Notes: generated by a model not told the origin, from the sequence alone. 60,778 bases of DNA, filler included, from Trichosphaerium sp. ATCC 40318 (GCA_038496445.1; 3 parts of 3 records of this genome joined end to end with filler, not necessarily neighbours in it), one strand, 5' to 3'. Positions 12,301 to 23,072 are shown, numbered from the whole stretch's first letter. Program-made: numbers and translations.

Positions 12301-15300
12301 GCCACTGCAAGTGCCCATATTATTTCAACGAGACATCATATGGTTCATTGATAGTCTATAGAGTATAAAGTGTAAGTACAACCAAAAGCGAATGTTGAAA
12401 AGAGATGAAGGTAACGAACATACTTTTCATCTAAATATGAGTCATTACTATAGCAAAGGTTTGCCTAAGAACATAAAACAGTTAGAACGAACAAAAACAA
12501 CGTACAAGTCCCATTCATGAAAACTCGTGTATCGACATCCGAACGCAGCTCTACTATAAGCGAAAGATTTTGACATCATAGCCACTATCGGTTATAAGAA
12601 CACACTAATACTTAAAGAGTATTTGCTAGGGGTACCTCGATATTCTTGAGAAACATTAGGAATATAACACCTTTGGTGATTTTACCAAAGTATACCTGAG
12701 GGTGATTCAGAGTTTAATGTTGCAATCAACTTTCCACTGGCACCGATACCGCCTGATCCAAACGCTTGTGTGCCAATTCAACATAGTAATTCATCAAAGC
12801 GTAGAGCATTACTTCAAGGCCGTTAAAAATAAAACTGATATTTGGGTTTACAATATTTCAGGTTGTTGATGAGTGCGGACTAAGCGACTTTAAATGGCCT
12901 CAATTTCAGAAAAAACTAAGATAAATACATCGCCTAAGCGCTCTATTAGCATCAGATGGTGTGACTGTTACCATTCACTCTGTGTTGGTGCTGTGATGCT
13001 TGTAGCGTATTATCACAAAAAACTCATTTAGAATTTTGAAAGGATCAAAGGGAGTAAGACGTTCAAGTCGGAAAGTCAGTTGTTGAGTCAGCCGAAATTT
13101 TTGAGCGACTCAGTCGAAGTCAGTCATGACTGATGTCGTTTAACATAAAGAAATGGAATACAACAAACACGTCAATACAACAATGCAACGACGATGGCAT
13201 CAATCGTGGTACATTCGATCTTACAGCACTACCAGTTGAAATTATCGTTCATATTATGAAACGTGGTACGTTTACACTGTAACACTGTGTAAGTTACACT
13301 CGTTTACAAGGAATATTTACACACCGTTCAGCCCAAACGTGCCATTTATTGCTTGATATTATTCACGAACACGTCGGCTATGGTGAAATCGAAGTGAGGA
13401 CTTGTATGGTTAAGCGCTTAAAAACGACTAGTAATATTGGCTTCAACAATCTTAACAATAAACAAAACCAAGCATAAAAAGAAAGGTTTCTGGAATAAGG
13501 GCGCATAGTCCTTGTTATCACGCATTTTCGGGTTTTACTGTAAATAATCTGTAGCCAGATTATGTAGGCATTCCACATAGGCTCAATGGCTTTAACATAC
13601 ACTTTGAAAGACGTGTATGGAATAAGAAAGCATAAGATGGTGCTGTAAGCTCAAAAAAAATTATTTAGTAAATTACGAAACCGGAAAGTAACAATTTTTT
13701 TGCATTTGCGTCCTTTTGTGATGTCTAAGTATCATAGAACGCGTGAATAGCGTATGTGGAAACTGAAGTTATGCACTTAGATAGCGTTTTTTGGTTCAAT
13801 AAGTGGATTGCTCACTAAAAACCAGTTTAATACTCTAAAAAATATTCCCTACGCGTAGGGGGTATGTGTGCACATTAAAATACGCTATTTGAATCAAAAA
13901 TGCAATAACAAGTCAAAACGCCATCTAGCCTCATCGATACTGTGCTATATGCTTCTTTTAGCTGTGTTCTTCTTGATGTACCTGTTCGCTGTTTGGACCG
14001 CTGCCCTAGCCGTTTATTTGGGGTTTTACGAAAAATTCTGCCTTTAGAAAACTTGCGCATTTTAGTACTTTTGGCACTTAACATCAATCTCATTCAACTC
14101 CCACATTTGAGGCACTTTATTGTTAGGTACTTTTCAAATAACAACCTAAGCGGCTATTAACTACAACCATTGACGCCTACGCAAACCTCAAGAAAACATA
14201 AATGATAAAGTGTGTAATTAGGAAGACTTAGCTAACAATACTTAGAAAAGCCACAAAATTAAACTATTTTTTAGACTCAATATGGACTACATCACTATTG
14301 GTGAATACTCAATACTCTAAACAAGCTGTTCACAGTATTTATGGCTACTATTTCCTGAATTGTCAATCCTTAAAAACTATTTTCAAGAACTAACAGAAGT
14401 TGCACGATCTGACTAAACACTAAAACCAAAAGTCACATACAGCAAAAAGTTGCAAACTTTTGCAAACTTGAATGATACGGACAATAATACATTATTTAGG
14501 TTTTAACTTGTGTTAGTATAAACAAGTACGTACTAACTTGAGCAGCTACAAGAAGTGCTGTCGAAATGACCAATAAAAGTAGAGGTAGGAGGTACATTCT
14601 TTTGTGTTGTAGTAAAAAACTAAATTGTTGACCAACATCACGTTTTTTTTTGTTAACACGCCAAATATAGTCTGGAATAAGGCGCACAGCCCTACTGTTA
14701 TCAAGCATTTTCGGTTTTGCTGTAAATAATCTAAAGCTCAAAAAAACTGATATTCAGCTAATGATCCGAGACTCAACGGGTTAGCTGTGTGAGTCCGAGA
14801 TGTAACGCTATATAGCGACCTATAACTTATGTACCAAACCTCGAGAGGAAGCAATGTATGTCATTTAAAGTATATGTCCTCTGTCTTTAAAGTTGTACGA
14901 CTATAAATACCTTGATAGCAGTCGATGCCAAAAATTTTGAGTCGACTTTTCAGTCAGACTAGTTGTAAACTATTTTAAAAATTCGGTTTTTATTCTCAAA
15001 CTGTGAACAAACACGTTTTGCACATTTTTCCGGAAACCGGTACTACCTAAAAAACTGAGGCACTTAACATGAGATAATGTCGAACAACATTTTCTACGCT
15101 CAAAAAAGCAATACAGAGATGTTGCACGAGTGGGAAAAAAGTTCAATAAATAATGCAAAAAAAACCAATTAGAGTTCTGATACTAACTACTACTCTTCTA
15201 TCAACTAACCAAAGGGACTCAACTTAGACGATGTTTGGGAAGAAGACAAAATGTCTTGTGGCTCTAGCGCAGCGCCAAGCATTTGTTATCTATTATACAA

Positions 15301-15470
15301 GAAACACTTGGAAAATAAAAGAAAGTTTTACAGTTTAAACAAATTGAAAAGGAAATTTTTGGGTGGGATGTGGGTGATTGCCGCTCGCCATGTTCTTGTA
15401 CACGTTGTAGGCGTTTGTAGTTGATTTATGAGTCATACCAAGTCTTACCCAAACGTCTGTAACGGAGAAA

Positions 15471-15570
15471 NNNNNNNNNNNNNNNNNNNNNNNNNNNNNN
15501 NNNNNNNNNNNNNNTTAATTAATTAANNNNNNNNNNNNNNNNNNNNNNNNNNNNNNNNNNNNNNNNNNNN
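15471..15570. other. Artificial contig spacer
   Basis: N-run, TTAATTAATTAA (stops in all six frames), N-run. Confidence 0.98.
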
Positions 15571-15755
15571 CCCAACAAAATTAACTATAAATTCAAAAAA
15601 ACAAAAAGAACCATCCTAAAACACTTAATTTAAAAAATATAAACCGTAAAAAAAATCCATAAAAAAAAAAACAACTTACCAAAATAAAAACCAACTTGAA
15701 AACACAAACAACCTAAATTATTTACTACGGGATCAAAATGCTCCAAAACTGACAT
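15571..15755 (-). CDS. atp6: ATP synthase subunit a, 5' part (runs off contig end; cryptogene)
   Basis: ATG at 15755 gives MSVLEHFDPVV (cf. SPLEQF); downstream FFEFIVNFV in a shifted frame. Confidence 0.55.
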
Positions 15756-15829
15756 CTTTCTCTTTTCTTTACTTCTTTTATTTTTTTATTAAAATAAAAT
15801 TTAAAATAACCCTTTAAATTTTTTTAATT

Positions 15830-17525
15830 TTATCAGTTACACCTTCCGATACACTACCCTGTTACGAGTTACAGCAATCGCTGACATAGGTTTTATAGTC
15901 CTTTTTTTTATCTTTTCTACTTTTTAATTATCTTTTAAAGCAGGAGATTTACTCAACCGCTTTTAGCTTACGTTAAAAAGATAATTTAAATTTAAATTAT
16001 CTTTTTATTTCTGCCCTATTTAGTTTATTTTTCATAAAAAGTTGCTTTTCCTAAGAAAACTCTACTTTAAAATACAAACTTTTTTGATTTTTTTTTTGAT
16101 TAATTTAAACTACGTCCAGCCACCCAGCTTTCGCTGGGCCACGGCGGTATGTACGAGCGCAGGCAAGTATTCACGCGGTGTGATGATCCGCGATTACTAG
16201 CAATTCATCTTCATATTCCTATTTCAGGGAATATCCGAACAAGAGATTGTTTTATCAGACTAGCGCTAATCACTTATGAATAGCATCTTGTTGTACCAAC
16301 GTTGTATCACATTTGAAGCCAAACCATTAAGGCCATGACGACCAGTCGTCATCACTACTAACTATCATATTGCATGATTTGCTAAATTGTATTATTATTT
16401 TCACTCAATTTCATGGGTACGCCCGTTTATCCAGTAAGGCGACATATCACTACACGAGCTGACGGCGCCATGCAACACCTGGACCTAAAGTATTCTCTCA
16501 ATTTTTAATATAAATTTGAAAAAAACCTACTACTTATAAATATAACTTTATCTTGGGGCATATATCTAGGTTTGTAAGATTAAACGCGGATCATCAGATA
16601 ATCAACATGATCCACTGCTGGTAATACACTCCGCCAATTTCTTAGGTTTACATCTTGCGACATATTTCCCCAGGTGAGATATTTACGCGTAAGCTTCACC
16701 ACCGGTACAAGTCACAAAGGATTTAAAACCTCCTAGATGTCCAGCGCCAAATATCCATCGGTCACAGCGTAGATTACAAGGGTATCTAATCTTTTCACTC
16801 CCTACGCTTTCGATTACTAACGTCTATTCTTTCACAGTACGCGATTGCTCCGCATGATGGTCTTATAAATCTTAGAATTCTACTCCTAATTTATAATACC
16901 ACGTACTCAAAAAAATACAAAGACATAAGTTAAATGAGTTATCCTCAGATCAACCCGAGTTTTTTACTCAAAACTTTATGGACAGTTTACTTCCCTTTAC
17001 ACCAATCAAGATGAGTAGCACTTGGGCCCCCGTGTTACCGCGACTGCTGCACGAAGTTAGACAGCCTTTCCAATAATTACTATCACTATTATCATTATTT
17101 CACTGACTTTCGACTCTGCCTTCTTAAGCGAACAATCTTTCTACAACTGTGCTAAATTTAGCCACACGGCATAACTGGATCGTGCATTAAACTTGTCCAA
17201 AATCCCTCACTGCTGCGCCTTAACGTTCGGGTCATCTCTCCCCGCTGTGCCAGTTTACCCTCTCAGTCCTGGTACGGTCTTCGGCTAGGTAAGCTTTACC
17301 TTAAACCTACTACTTATCATTTACGATACATTCCTATGTGTCAAAAACTCGTATCTCTTTATATAAAAATTATAAATCTATTTACTTTATTAAGCTTATT
17401 TTGCTTAACATAGCTAGCTAATATCGATTAATACTCACCTTACGGGCATTCTAAATAATATAGAATATTACCTTGCATGTGTTAAGTCCACATTAGCACT
17501 CACTCAGCGCAAAATCATACGCTAA
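15830..17525 (-). rRNA. rns: Mitochondrial small-subunit rRNA
   Basis: Reverse complements of conserved SSU motifs: TACCCTGTTACGAGTT (15856), ACGAGCTGACGGCGCCATGCAACACCT, GGGTATCTAAT, TTACCGCGACTGCTGCAC (17035), CTTGCATGTGTTAAG (17472). Confidence 0.96.
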
Positions 17526-17560
17526 CTTTTACTTGTTTTTACACCAACTACCTTTAATAA

Positions 17561-17631
17561 CGAGCAAATCGGACTTGAACCGATATCTGAAAGGCCGACA
17601 ACTTCTATTTTACCTTTTAAACTATTGGCCC
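17561..17631 (-). tRNA. trnD: tRNA-Asp(GUC), needs 2 G insertions
   Basis: Anticodon loop TTGTCGG. Anticodon stem GAAG[G]/CCTTT and acceptor GGGCCAA/TTG[G]CTC+G pair fully only after G doubling. Confidence 0.9.
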
Positions 17632-17634
17632 TTT

Positions 17635-17704
17635 TTTGGATAGCAGACTCGAACCTGCACTTTTGGCTCCAAAGCCAACACTCTACCTTTTAAGTTATAC
17701 CCTG
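17635..17704 (-). tRNA. trnP: tRNA-Pro(UGG), cryptic
   Basis: CAGGGTATAACTT...; stem TTGGC/GCCAA with a 6-nt loop TTTGGA (7 nt after G doubling, giving G37); T arm GCAGG-TTCGAGT-C[C]TGC. Confidence 0.75.
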
Positions 17705-17710
17705 TTTTTT

Positions 17711-17783
17711 TTTTGGAGGCCGGACTCGAACCGATCTCCTCAAGGGTCATGAGCCTGCGAGCTAACCTATACTCCACTCCCGA
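17711..17783 (-). tRNA. trnM: tRNA-Met(CAU), probable initiator
   Basis: Loop CTCATGA; CAGG[G]/CCCTT gives the three G:C pairs diagnostic of initiator tRNA after one G insertion. Confidence 0.8.
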
Positions 17784-17785
17784 TT

Positions 17786-17865
17786 TTTCAGTGACGGGAC
17801 TTGAACCGCACGTTTTTTCAAACACAAATTTTGAATCTGACGTGTCTACATTCCACCACACTGAC
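17786..17865 (-). tRNA. trnL: tRNA-Leu(CAA)
   Basis: Long variable arm, loop TTCAAAA. D-loop AATG[G]TA and T stem GCG[G]G/CCCGT each lack a G. Confidence 0.88.
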
Positions 17866-17937
17866 TTTTTCAGGCCGGACTTGAACCGACATCAAAGATT
17901 TTGGAAACCTCTATTTTACCAATTAAACTACTGATAC
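17866..17937 (-). tRNA. trnW: tRNA-Trp(CCA)
   Basis: Stem GAGGT/ATCTT, loop TTCCAAA; T arm GTCGG-TTCAAGT-CCGGC. Confidence 0.88.
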
Positions 17938-17946
17938 CTTTTTAAC

Positions 17947-18018
17947 TTCGGGCGACAGGCATCGAACTGCAACCTTTGGGTTAAAAACCCACTGCTCTAC
18001 CTATTAAGCTACGCCCCC
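17947..18018 (-). tRNA. trnK: tRNA-Lys(UUU)
   Basis: GGGGGCGTAGCTTAATAGGTAGAGC; loop TTTTTAA; T stem GCAG[G]/CCTGT. Confidence 0.88.
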
Positions 18019-18021
18019 TCC

Positions 18022-18103
18022 CTAACGCGGTGGGATTCGAACCACGAAGAGAAAAACTCAATAAATTTACAATCTACTCCTTTAACCACTTGGATACACG
18101 TAC
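18022..18103 (-). tRNA. trnY: tRNA-Tyr(GUA)
   Basis: Loop TTGTAAA, long variable arm; T stem GTG[G]G/CCCAC. Confidence 0.88.
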
Positions 18104-18107
18104 TTTT

Positions 18108-18175
18108 GTTGGGTAGTTGATTCGAACCAACGTAACTTATTCAAAATCAAGCGCCTAACCTCTCGGCATACCCAT
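18108..18175 (-). tRNA. trnQ: tRNA-Gln(UUG), cryptic
   Basis: Loop TTTTGAA; anticodon stem CTTGA/T[C]AAG and T stem GTTGG/C[C]AAC each lack a C. Confidence 0.8.
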
Positions 18176-18245
18176 TTAGCCCAGTGGACTCGAACCCACA
18201 TCTTACAACTTATGAGTTGCTGTTTTTGCCTTTAAACTATAGTTC
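18176..18245 (-). tRNA. tRNA with CAU anticodon (elongator Met or lysidine-Ile), cryptic
   Basis: Stem GCAAC/GTTGT around a 6-nt loop TCATAA (7 nt after C doubling); T stem GTGGG/C[C]CAC. Confidence 0.75.
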
Positions 18246-18256
18246 TTTAAAAAAAA

Positions 18257-18326
18257 TATCCACGTTGGACTTGAACCAACATCGCCGAATTGAAAATACG
18301 TATCCTAACCTTTAGACGACGCAGAC
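18257..18326 (-). tRNA. trnE: tRNA-Glu(UUC)
   Basis: GTCTGCGTCGTCTAAAGGTTAGGA; loop TTTTCAA; acceptor pairs after C doubling (CCAAC[C]GTGGAT). Confidence 0.85.
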
Positions 18327-18328
18327 TT

Positions 18329-18400
18329 TGGCTCGTAACGGAATTGAACCGTTATTACACTATTTGCAATAGTATGGATTAACCGTTATCCTAACGAGCC
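18329..18400 (-). tRNA. trnC: tRNA-Cys(GCA), canonical as encoded
   Basis: Perfect cloverleaf: GGCTCGT/ACGAGCC, TACTA-TTGCAAA-TAGTG, AACGG-TTCAATT-CCGTT. Confidence 0.93.
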
Positions 18401-18402
18401 TT

Positions 18403-18482
18403 TTTCAGTGACGGGACTTGAACCGCACGTTTTTTCAAACACGAGATCTAAATCCGACGTGTCTACATTCCACCACACTGAC
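18403..18482 (-). tRNA. trnL: tRNA-Leu(UAG), near-identical paralog of trnL(CAA)
   Basis: Identical to 17786-17865 except for the anticodon arm (TCGGA-TTTAGAT-CTCGT). Confidence 0.85.
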
Positions 18483-18521
18483 TTTTTTTTCTTTTTTCCT
18501 TCTAACAAGGATTTTTTATAG

Positions 18522-18662
18522 TTGAGATTGCTTTTTTTAAATATAGATGCAGATCGTAGTTTTGTGCATCTATGGAAATATAAACAATCTTTGAGATTGT
18601 TTATATTTCCATAGATGCACAAAACTACGATCTGCATCTATATTTAAAAAAAGCAATCTCAA
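18522..18662. repeat. Perfect hairpin, about 69-bp arms, 3-nt loop
   Basis: TTGAGATTGCTTTTTTTAAATATAGATGC...AAACAATCT-TTG-AGATTGTTT...GCATCTATATTTAAAAAAAGCAATCTCAA. Confidence 0.95.
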
Positions 18663-20039
18663 AAAGACTCTATTTCCGTTATATAAGTATAATCTCTCAA
18701 TAAACTCCCACTTTCTTAGAGTTCTCTGAAAACTTAAATATGAATAAATCCTACCTTCATAAACTTAACAACCAATCACTAAATATTTCATACGACACGC
18801 AAACCTACGACGTAAATTTCAAAAAATAAGTAACCTTTCATTAATTTATCTTACTTTTATAATCTATAAAATAATACTATAATTATATAACCTTAAATTT
18901 AACAATACTTTACGCCCATTAAAGTTAATTTTTTTAAAAGACATGTGAGGCTTTAGTTTCTGTTACTAATTCTCTTCATCAATTTTCAAATTTCATCAAA
19001 TTTTATTCATCGATGAAATTCTAAATAAAAAAAGAAATAAAACCACATGCAAAGAAAATATTCAAGAAATACAAAATTAAATATACTTATTTTAAATAAT
19101 TTAAAACATTATATAAAAATCTATTGCATTTTGTATAAATTTATTTATATTTTTTTCAAAACGTTTTGAAAACTATACAAATTTTAATACCTTTTTCACG
19201 ACGTCACTAATACGCATCCTCTTATTTCAACGTTTTTTATTTCTTACTTTTTTTTTTGTTGTTAAATATACTTCTTTATTTTTTATTTTTATATTTTGCC
19301 AGCTTTTAGTGGTAATAATAGACGCTTGTTTTTTATTTCCTATTAGTATTATTATTTTTTTCTTTTTTTTTTTTCTTTTTTTTTTTGCTTTTGATTTTAA
19401 TTTTTTTATTTTTATTGTTATTTTTTGCAAGTTTATTTCTTTTTTTTCTTTTATCTGATCTTTTTCACAATTTATTAATTTTACTTTTATTTTTTTTACC
19501 CTTTTTTTTGTTTTACTTTTATAAAGCTGCGTATTAAACAAAAATAAATGTAAAAGCTCACGCGATTTCTGTTCGAAAAAAAAAGAGTAATATAATCTTA
19601 TTAAGTTATATTACTCTTTTTTTTTCGAACTCTTTTTAAATACCCATCTTATTTAATTTTTTGTTAATATTACTAAACTAGTACCATAACTTCTTTTATA
19701 CATTAATTTTGTCCATAAACTTATAACGCCATAATTTTTTAAAAATCACGCATTCATATTTATATTATTACGCGATTTTTTACCTCTATTTTTTTTTATA
19801 TTAAACCTACACCTTTTATTAATCTATTAATTTATTATAAAACATGTATGTATATATTGTTTTAATTTATCTAAACTTTATATTTATAATCACTTCTCGC
19901 TAAATTTAACCTTCACGGCTCTTTTTTAAAAAATTAAACCTACATTTGTTTGAAAAATATTTCCTATCTTTTATTTAAAATAAATTAGATAATATACTCT
20001 TTTTTCTCTTCTTTTTCAAAATCTATCCACTAAACGCAT

Positions 20040-21245
20040 TGACCTATTTCACGCATGCGTTTAGTGGATAATACACTTACCTTTACTAAAATAATTTGAA
20101 TATACCAAAGGCAATTTATTTTTGATAAACTTTTATATTTAAATTTTTTACACTAAACTTTCTTTTAATACCCTAAAATAAACAAAAGATCGGCTTTTAA
20201 GATACCTATAGGTATCTTAAAAGCCGATCTTTTGTTATATAAAAATTTGACTTTTATTTTTTTTATTACAATATCTGATGCATGCTCAAATAATAACTTT
20301 GACTTTCCTTTTTGTCACAATATTCAAACCATGCACGCCACCTTTCATCATTTTTTTACTAAACCTTAATCGTCTAATTCTACGTCTTCTTTTTTTCAAA
20401 GCACTTCTAGTTTTTGGAATTCTTTTAACGGGCTTAGTTTTTTTATATATTTACTATTTAATAAACAAAATAAATAAATTTCATTTTTGACAACATATAA
20501 TATCACCAAGAGATAATGACTTTACACCAAACCAAAATTTCCCCCCAAATTCTTTAATTTTTTTCTCTTCTTTTTAATTTTTTATAATTATTCCTAACAT
20601 TCTTATTAGATTTTTTTTTCAGTTTGGGTCCCCTTTATTTCTTTTAATGTTTTTTGGCATATTGACCTTTTACACCTTTCAATCCCAATATTTAGATCAA
20701 TATAATTATATTGCTTTAAATAATACATTTCTTTTTAGTGTGTTTTGATAAAGCAACCTATCAAAAGAGATTCCTTTTACTACATGCCCTTTTCAACAGG
20801 ATTCCCCTAACAATCTTATTTACTTATATCTTTTAAATTGCTATTTTTAAAGTAGATAATCTCGCGCTTTAAACAAATTAAGATAATGTTTAATATATTC
20901 TTCTGTTTTATTTCTCTTTAAAAAATAACTTAATGAATTTTTATTCATTTATCAACTAAAATAAACCTTTATAAGTATAATAATAACTCATAAAAAACTA
21001 TAAAATTACAAAATATATTCACTAAACTAAATTAAAAGATCAAAAAAAACTTTTTGACGTAAATAAAATCTATTTAAATTTAACTTTTTCTCTCACGACT
21101 AAAAATATGTTTACGTCAAACTTAATATAACGTTTTATATAACTCGCCTTAATCTTTTAAATTTATTCTTTTTGCATTTCTTTGTCGACTTTTTCTAGAA
21201 GTAAAAGTTTGTGCAGCATCCCACAAAATTTATAAGTACGCCATT
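20040..21245 (-). CDS. Possible ribosomal protein S4 (highly diverged cryptogene)
   Basis: Lys/Arg-rich fragments with LRQKV, SLSLGDIIC and C-terminal VYYPL in shifting frames. Weak support. Confidence 0.3.
20181..20236. repeat. Perfect 56-bp palindrome
   Basis: AACAAAAGATCGGCTTTTAAGATACCTA|TAGGTATCTTAAAAGCCGATCTTTTGTT. Confidence 0.95.
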
Positions 21246-21284
21246 ATTTAAATGTTCACTAATTTACATTTAAATTTAATTTCT

Positions 21285-21450
21285 AAAGATCCAGCGTTAG
21301 TTTTACTTGATCTTTGGCTTTAAATTTAAAGCCAAAGATCAAGTAAAACTAACGCTGGATCTTTTTACTATCTCCTCTTTATTACGTGAACGCAAGATGT
21401 TCGAAACACCAAAATACGGTGTTTCGAACATCTTGCGTTCACGTAATAAA
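21285..21450. repeat. Two adjacent unrelated hairpins (21285-21364 perfect 80-bp palindrome; 21378-21450 with 7-nt loop)
   Basis: AAAGATCCAGCGTTAG...TTTAAA|TTTAAA...CTAACGCTGGATCTTT and TTTATTACGTGAACGCAAGATGTTCGAAACACC...GGTGTTTCGAACATCTTGCGTTCACGTAATAAA. Confidence 0.95.
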
Positions 21451-21760
21451 CTTTCCAACATCATTTACTCTAGCTCTTAACCCACATCTTCTATTTTACC
21501 ACACACGTCGCACGTTCTTTATTTAACAAATTTAAAAATTCTACATAATATAAGCTATAAAAAAAAATCAATAACTTCAGAAACCAAATAATGTTTTGAT
21601 AATCCACATAATGATACATTACATTACACATCATCGTAACCCTCTAATGTACGTAAATTTAAATTTTTTCTTTAAATTTTTTAATCCTAAATTAAATCAA
21701 CTTGTAAATTTAAAATTCCTAAATTTTTAAATTTACACCCCTATATATTATTTTTTTTGC
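21450..21760 (-). CDS. Possible ribosomal protein L6 (diverged cryptogene, extent uncertain)
   Basis: VVKIEDVG.RARV resembles the L6 L.GVGYRA motif after one insertion. Confidence 0.3.
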
Positions 21761-21769
21761 TTTTCTATA

Positions 21770-22362
21770 TATACATAATCAACATCCAACTGTTAAAATA
21801 ATACTGACTTTTAAATGTTTTTGTGTCCCTGCTAAACAACAATCCACCACTGAACTAACCCATCTGAACTAACAACACTACCGACGGAACCCTAACACCC
21901 CTTGATTCCCGTACATATTTAAACTCTTCAAGCTGCACTTAAAAACACTCAACAGGTAATTTATAACGCATTTGTAACCTTCTAACTGTTCTCCAAATTT
22001 ATCACTTGCTCTAGCATCTCTGTTATCAATAAACCCATCATCTTACTATAACCTAAAATTTGTTAAAGTTCCTTCTCTTCACGCACTGCTACATAAGGTT
22101 GTCACATAAATATGCAGCTGCTTAGTTAACCTTCTAAAAATAACGCGTAATTCGCAAACAACACGGCACCTCTCTCTCTAAACCTCATCTTATTAATTTA
22201 TTTATATATGAAATCCTTGAAACATATATCCATTTCTAAAATACACATTTTATAGGATTCTCTAAAATACACCAACCACTTAAATAATTTGTATCTTCTT
22301 TAAAGAACCAAAAAATATTCAATCTACAAATAATTGATTCACCAGCGCTTTACTTTTATCAT
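21770..22362 (-). CDS. rps2: Ribosomal protein S2 (cryptogene)
   Basis: KALVNQLF...IFFG, AWREGTLTNFR (cf. RWLGGTLTNF), RYKLP, LGVPSVVLL.SD and VDCCLAG in successively shifted frames. Confidence 0.75.
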
Positions 22363-22389
22363 TTTTAATATTTATATTTATTTTTAAAT

Positions 22390-22750
22390 TACGTCTATCC
22401 TTATATTTACTCTTACCCCCCTATAAATAAACGAAAACTTTGGTGCCTATAGGTAACCCCTCAATAAGCATTTTTTTTTTTCCAAATTACAAATCCCTGC
22501 CCTATGGATGCCTTTAATAATTCACCTGCTAATTGCTATAACTGAACCTAGGCTTTACATTTCTGGTAACCAGAACACTACCATTGTTCTCTTTTCCGCT
22601 CATTAACATACATGGGTACTGCACCGTTCTTTTGCCTAAAACAACTGTTTTAGGCAAAAGAACGGTGTGAACGCCTAAAAGCAACTGCAAAATAGTAGAA
22701 GGACTCCACTATTTTGCTCCTTTAATCACATATATATTTTAAAATACAAA
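22390..22750 (-). CDS. rpl14: Ribosomal protein L14 (cryptogene; contains a hairpin at 22622-22667)
   Basis: N-terminal KGAKC (cf. DNSGAK); C-terminal MLIEGLPIGTKVF[G] (cf. GNPIGTRIFG). Confidence 0.55.
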
Positions 22751-23072
22751 TCACCGCACGAATTTTTTTTCTTTTTTTATTAAAGAAGTTACATACGCGT
22801 TCTATAACTAAATAAACTATTTGTTGATCCTTTTCACTAAATCTAACCATCGCATGTTATTTTAAATTTTTACGTTCTTAAATTCACTGAAGTTAAAATT
22901 ATAAAACTATATAGTATAAAAATATAATATAATATAATAAAAAAAATAAAAAAAAATAAAAAATAAATAAAATTAAATATCAACAACATAAAGATGCCTT
23001 ATTTTCCTGATATTTTATATAATTTTTATTTTTATTTCCTACCTCCTATATTACACCTGAATAATTTATTAA

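Noticed and set aside
9950-15470. Short ORFs in the gene-poor end of contig 1
   Set aside because: No recognisable domains or consistent exon chains.
15471-15570. TTAATTAATTAA between N-runs (also 44705-44804)
   Set aside because: Artificial concatenation linker. Adjacency of the three contigs carries no biological meaning, and a common organism of origin is only assumed.
17622-18637. Track ORFs 17622-17861, 17713-17934 and 18386-18637
   Set aside because: They overlap tRNA genes; their mutual similarity comes from the duplicated trnL.
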